A stretch of DNA of 36,109 bases from Octopus bimaculoides (taxonomy: Eukaryota): positions 3,877,197 to 3,913,305 of the forward strand of contig NC_069002.1 in the NCBI RefSeq assembly GCF_001194135.2, in the 5' to 3' direction. Position numbers and translations under genes: made by a program. Under the pieces are notes generated by a model. The model made no database searches. It saw only the letters and a list, made by a program, of their open reading frames with translations, and had not been told where the DNA came from. Every line of letters starts with the position of its first letter. Position 1 is the stretch's first letter. Of this stretch, positions 32,086 through 36,109 are shown in pieces.

Positions 32086-33510
32086 ACATGTTTACAAATC
32101 AATAACACATCTACTGATATGAATTAAGTAAGGCTGCTGTAAGGTTCAACAAGGCACTGTAAACAGCATGTGACCCTTTGAAAGAACAACTCAGCTTTCC
32201 AAAAGGAAAACAATTCTGCATGTCACATCCGTATAGGATTCGTGGATAAGACATGGAACAATGTAATGACCAATGACCTGGAAATTGGTTCACCATGTGA
32301 TTAATTTGATGAATTAAATACAAATTACTGTAACATCTTAATATTTATCGTGCTACACAAGATACGGCCAGATAAGCTACGACACACAACAAAGCCAGCT
32401 ATGGTATGCGGATTTTCCCACTGATCGAATTAATAATTTGTAATACCTATTTTTAGCAATAAGAAAACATTAGCATAAGAAAACGATGGGTTGGGCATAA
32501 AGACAGGAACTGAACAGAAAACAGGATAGGACATGGAACATTTTAATCAGATGCCTATTCATTTCATTTGTTAAAATAATACGGGGACTTCCCTTATTCA
32601 CCCACTAATCGCATTAATAGTTTGTAATAACTATTTTTAGCAATAAACTATAACCATAAAGGTTAATAAACTATCTAATGGCTTAATTACACCCGATTCT
32701 AAAATTTATATACTGAAATAGGATTAAGGATAGGAATGGGAGTGGAACTAAAACGGGAACTGAATAGGGATCGGGATAGGACATGAAACAGTGTAATGGA
32801 AACGGGAACTGGAAATACCCCCCCCCCCCACACACTCTTCTGATTATTACCAGGTAATTCAGCTAGTATGTACAGTTAGTATATACAGGTGCTGAACACA
32901 GTTAAATGACAAACAAATAAAAGAATACAAATAGACATAGGTAGCCAGCCCTATGTAAACTGTTGATCCAATCCAAGGGTGGTTCAGAGTGTAGAGTATA
33001 TATAAAAGAACACACAGATATGCATTAACACATGTGCATAGTACACATAATATATATTGTGAAAAGCAAGTTAATATGCTTGGTTTGTTTTTTTGTTTTT
33101 TTATTACTTAATCCATGGCCCTTCACAGGGTTTCCAAATCTCGCAGGAAGTAGGGAGAGAGAGGTAGGGGGGAGGGGTCTTCAAACCAGAAGCTAAACCC
33201 AAATGTGTACAACAGAGAGCATTTCACTAAAGTAACCCAAGAACCATTATGATAATGATGATGATGACGACGACGGTGGTGGTGGAGGTGGTGGTGTTAA
33301 AGTGACAGATTAAATCAACAGCTTAATGAAACAATTATTAATCGAGTAATAATATTATAATTATCTGAAATTATTTCAATACCAAGAAGAAAACATTAAC
33401 GTTAATAAAAATTTATCTGAAAAGATACAAGGGAGAGAACTTCGACATTTCAATTGATTAAAAAAATCAAGTGAGGTTATGCAAAGGCAGGATAGTGAGT
33501 GTGAGGTTTG

Positions 33511-33524
33511 GTTGCTATGGTGAC
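33511..33524. promoter_or_regulatory. RFX X-box-like imperfect palindrome GTTGCTATGGTGAC
   Basis: Near match to GTTGCYATGGYAAC in non-repetitive-looking sequence. No adjacent gene start is proven. Confidence 0.25.
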
Positions 33525-33604
33525 GGTTCCAGCAATCTCATTTATCAAAAAATCCTGCACCTGGTTCATTTTTATATTCTTTTTTACCTTTCCAGAAAAA
33601 TTAT

Positions 33605-33966
33605 TTGTCTCTCTGAAACATGGACTACAACCAAGAGCACTGAAAATAAATTAAAAGCCATGGAGAGGAAGACGCAGAAGATTAAGGAAACCGGAAAGTG
33701 GAGAAACGATGGGATAAGAGTGGCAACAAGTTTAATGGACATTACCTGGGAAATAAAAACTCTGTGATGGTATTTTGCGGGACGTGTTTAGAAAAAAATT
33801 GACAGAGTGGACACCATGTTCAGAAAAAAAAAGAGAGGAAAACCATGCAGAAGTCAGAATGAAGGCTTTGGTAAATTCTTTGGTCGGCACTCAAACATGG
33901 ATGGAGAAAACATAGTGGTGGTTGGGGGGAGAACTTACTGAGGCATTCGTCCAGCACTGGACCGAA
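33605..33966 (+). mobile_element. Second, older RTE-type LINE ORF2 C-terminal relic
   Basis: SETWTTTKSTENKLKAMERK..KWRNDGIRVATSLMDI..KKRGKP..EAFVQHWT, resembling the ETW..NEEIR..EAFVQQW ends of RTE ORF2. Confidence 0.7.
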
Positions 33967-34172
33967 CATGTGCAAGGATGCTACACACACACACACACAC
34001 ATTATATATATATATATATTTACATCAAGTAGTCTATGTCTGCTTTGGTCTCTTACCTGTTGTGTATCCTGTTGAGTGAGACAATATATATAGGTTGTTT
34101 GGTACATAGTAAAAAACAAAATGAATCATTTTTAAATCACAACTCTACACTCTGTGACTAAAGATTGTGTGG

Positions 34173-34299
<127 letters not shown>

Positions 34300-34629
34300 C
34301 TAATATATGAGTGTATAAAAGAGAAAAAGATGGAAATATGGGTGAGAGAGTTAGACTGTATGAACCACATACATGTGAGGGAAATACAGAACCTGTGTGA
34401 GAGGAAAAAGATAGGAAGAGGGAAGGAAGCCAGCATGTACGTGTGAGAGAGAAGGGTTGAAAGCTAGTGTGGGTATGTGAGAGACAGTAAATGCACGTGT
34501 GTGAGCCCATGTGTGTGTGTGTAGGTGGAAGAGAGGGAGAGAGAAAGAGCAATACAGAGAGTGTGTGTATGTGTGTGTGAAAGACAAAGAAAACTAGTTG
34601 TATATATGTAGAGGGAAAAGAGAGAGAGT

Positions 34630-34668
<39 letters not shown>

Positions 34669-34786
34669 CCAAGTGGAGGGAGAGAGAAAGGAAGTTAGAA
34701 TACATAAATGCCATTTTTTTTTTTTTTTAGCCCAAGTCAGTCCCAACTGAGCAGACCCTATAATCAAAGGCATTCCAGCAATGGAC

Positions 34787-35353
34787 NNNNNNNNNNNNNN
34801 NNNNNNNNNNNNNNNNNNNNNNNNNNNNNNNNNNNNNNNNNNNNNNNNNNNNNNNNNNNNNNNNNNNNNNNNNNNNNNNNNNNNNNNNNNNNNNNNNNNN
34901 NNNNNNNNNNNNNNNNNNNNNNNNNNNNNNNNNNNNNNNNNNNNNNNNNNNNNNNNNNNNNNNNNNNNNNNNNNNNNNNNNNNNNNNNNNNNNNNNNNNN
35001 NNNNNNNNNNNNNNNNNNNNNNNNNNNNNNNNNNNNNNNNNNNNNNNNNNNNNNNNNNNNNNNNNNNNNNNNNNNNNNNNNNNNNNNNNNNNNNNNNNNN
35101 NNNNNNNNNNNNNNNNNNNNNNNNNNNNNNNNNNNNNNNNNNNNNNNNNNNNNNNNNNNNNNNNNNNNNNNNNNNNNNNNNNNNNNNNNNNNNNNNNNNN
35201 NNNNNNNNNNNNNNNNNNNNNNNNNNNNNNNNNNNNNNNNNNNNNNNNNNNNNNNNNNNNNNNNNNNNNNNNNNNNNNNNNNNNNNNNNNNNNNNNNNNN
35301 NNNNNNNNNNNNNNNNNNNNNNNNNNNNNNNNNNNNNNNNNNNNNNNNNNNNN
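34787..35353. other. Assembly gap
   Basis: N run. Confidence 0.99.
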
Positions 35354-36109
35354 GGTGGTGGTGGTGTCAAGAAAGGGCCATAGATGTGACAGTGGTGGTG
35401 GGGGGGTGATAGAAATGGCGGCGGTGGTGGAGGTGAGGGGGTAATAGGGAGGGATGATGGTGGTGACGGTTATGGTGGGAGTGGAGTGATGGGGAGGATG
35501 GGGGAAATGATGGGAGGGGATTTAGTGAGAGTAGTGGGGGTGGAGATGGTGATGGTGGTGGTAGTGATGGTTGTGGTGTCAGTGGATGTCAGTGGTGGTG
35601 GTGGTGGTAGTGGTGGTGATAATAGTGTTTAGTAGTGGTAGCCAAAACAATGATAATGGTGGTGGCAACAATAGTAGTAGTAGTAGTAGTGATGGCTATG
35701 GCAGGGGTCGTGTTGATATGGGGGGGTACCAATTGGTGGTTATCATAATGATAATGATGATGGTGATAGTAACAATAGTGGTAGTAGTGGTGGTGATGGT
35801 AGTGGTGACAGTGGTGGTGATGGTGTTTGTTGTATTAGTGGATAATAGTGATGTGGTGGTGGTGGTGGTTTTAGTGGTGGTGGTCGTGGTAGTAGTAGTG
35901 GTGATCGTTGTGGAGAAGGTAGTGGTGTAGGAGAGAAGTCTGAGTAATAACGGTGGTTGTCATGGTATTGATGGTGGTAACAAGTAGTAGTAGTAGCAGC
36001 AGCAGCAATCATGGGGGGGGGTAGAAGCAGCAGCAGCAGTGGTAGTAGTAGTAGTGGTGATGGTGGTGTCGACAGTGTCAATGGTGATGACCATCAACAG
36101 AGAGAGAGG
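35354..36109. repeat. Degenerate (GGT)/(GAT)/(TAG) trinucleotide low-complexity region
   Basis: G/T-rich triplet mosaic; gives rise to the poly-V/poly-P artefact ORFs. Confidence 0.9.

Noticed and set aside
35354-36109. G-rich end region as a G-quadruplex cluster or telomere-like array
   Set aside because: A degenerate trinucleotide mosaic without TTAGGG units; G-runs are expected from the composition.

Overview
Eukaryotic, AT-rich, repeat-dense draft-assembly window with six N-gaps. The SINE/LINE families and microsatellite load look like an octopod cephalopod, probably Octopus (inference from recognised repeat consensus sequences). There are two protein-coding genes, both on the minus strand and in tandem. 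(1) NCAPD3 (condensin II subunit CAP-D3): an uninterrupted 4,608-nt CDS at 7838->3231 (1,535 aa) with a 21-Gln tract and a conserved RAISTP...VTF motif in its C-tail. (2) An inositol-trisphosphate 3-kinase of the invertebrate IP3K1-like type, reconstructed by hand from 9 firm GT-AG exons (21910->12554) plus a probable first coding exon (24017->23973), about 317 aa; the ORF track misses most of it. The rest is a mosaic of tRNA-derived SINEs, RTE, CR1/L2-like and Tx1-like LINE fragments, a DD37D (maT) transposase relic, mariner-derived MITEs, Penelope-like and Helentron-like pieces, and simple repeats. The most notable observations are the intronless NCAPD3 with a young SINE and a ~500-bp inverted-repeat element just upstream, a 132-codon overlapping upstream ORF with a possible 2-nt acceptor switch at the kinase 5' end, a CRE-palindrome/CCAAT/splice-donor module inside a kinase intron, inverted SINE pairs around kinase exons, and a strand-asymmetric G-U-rich hairpin at 29.9 kb. 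There are no CRISPR arrays, rRNA or true tRNA genes, and no clearly new multi-gene system. Repeat boundaries are approximate.
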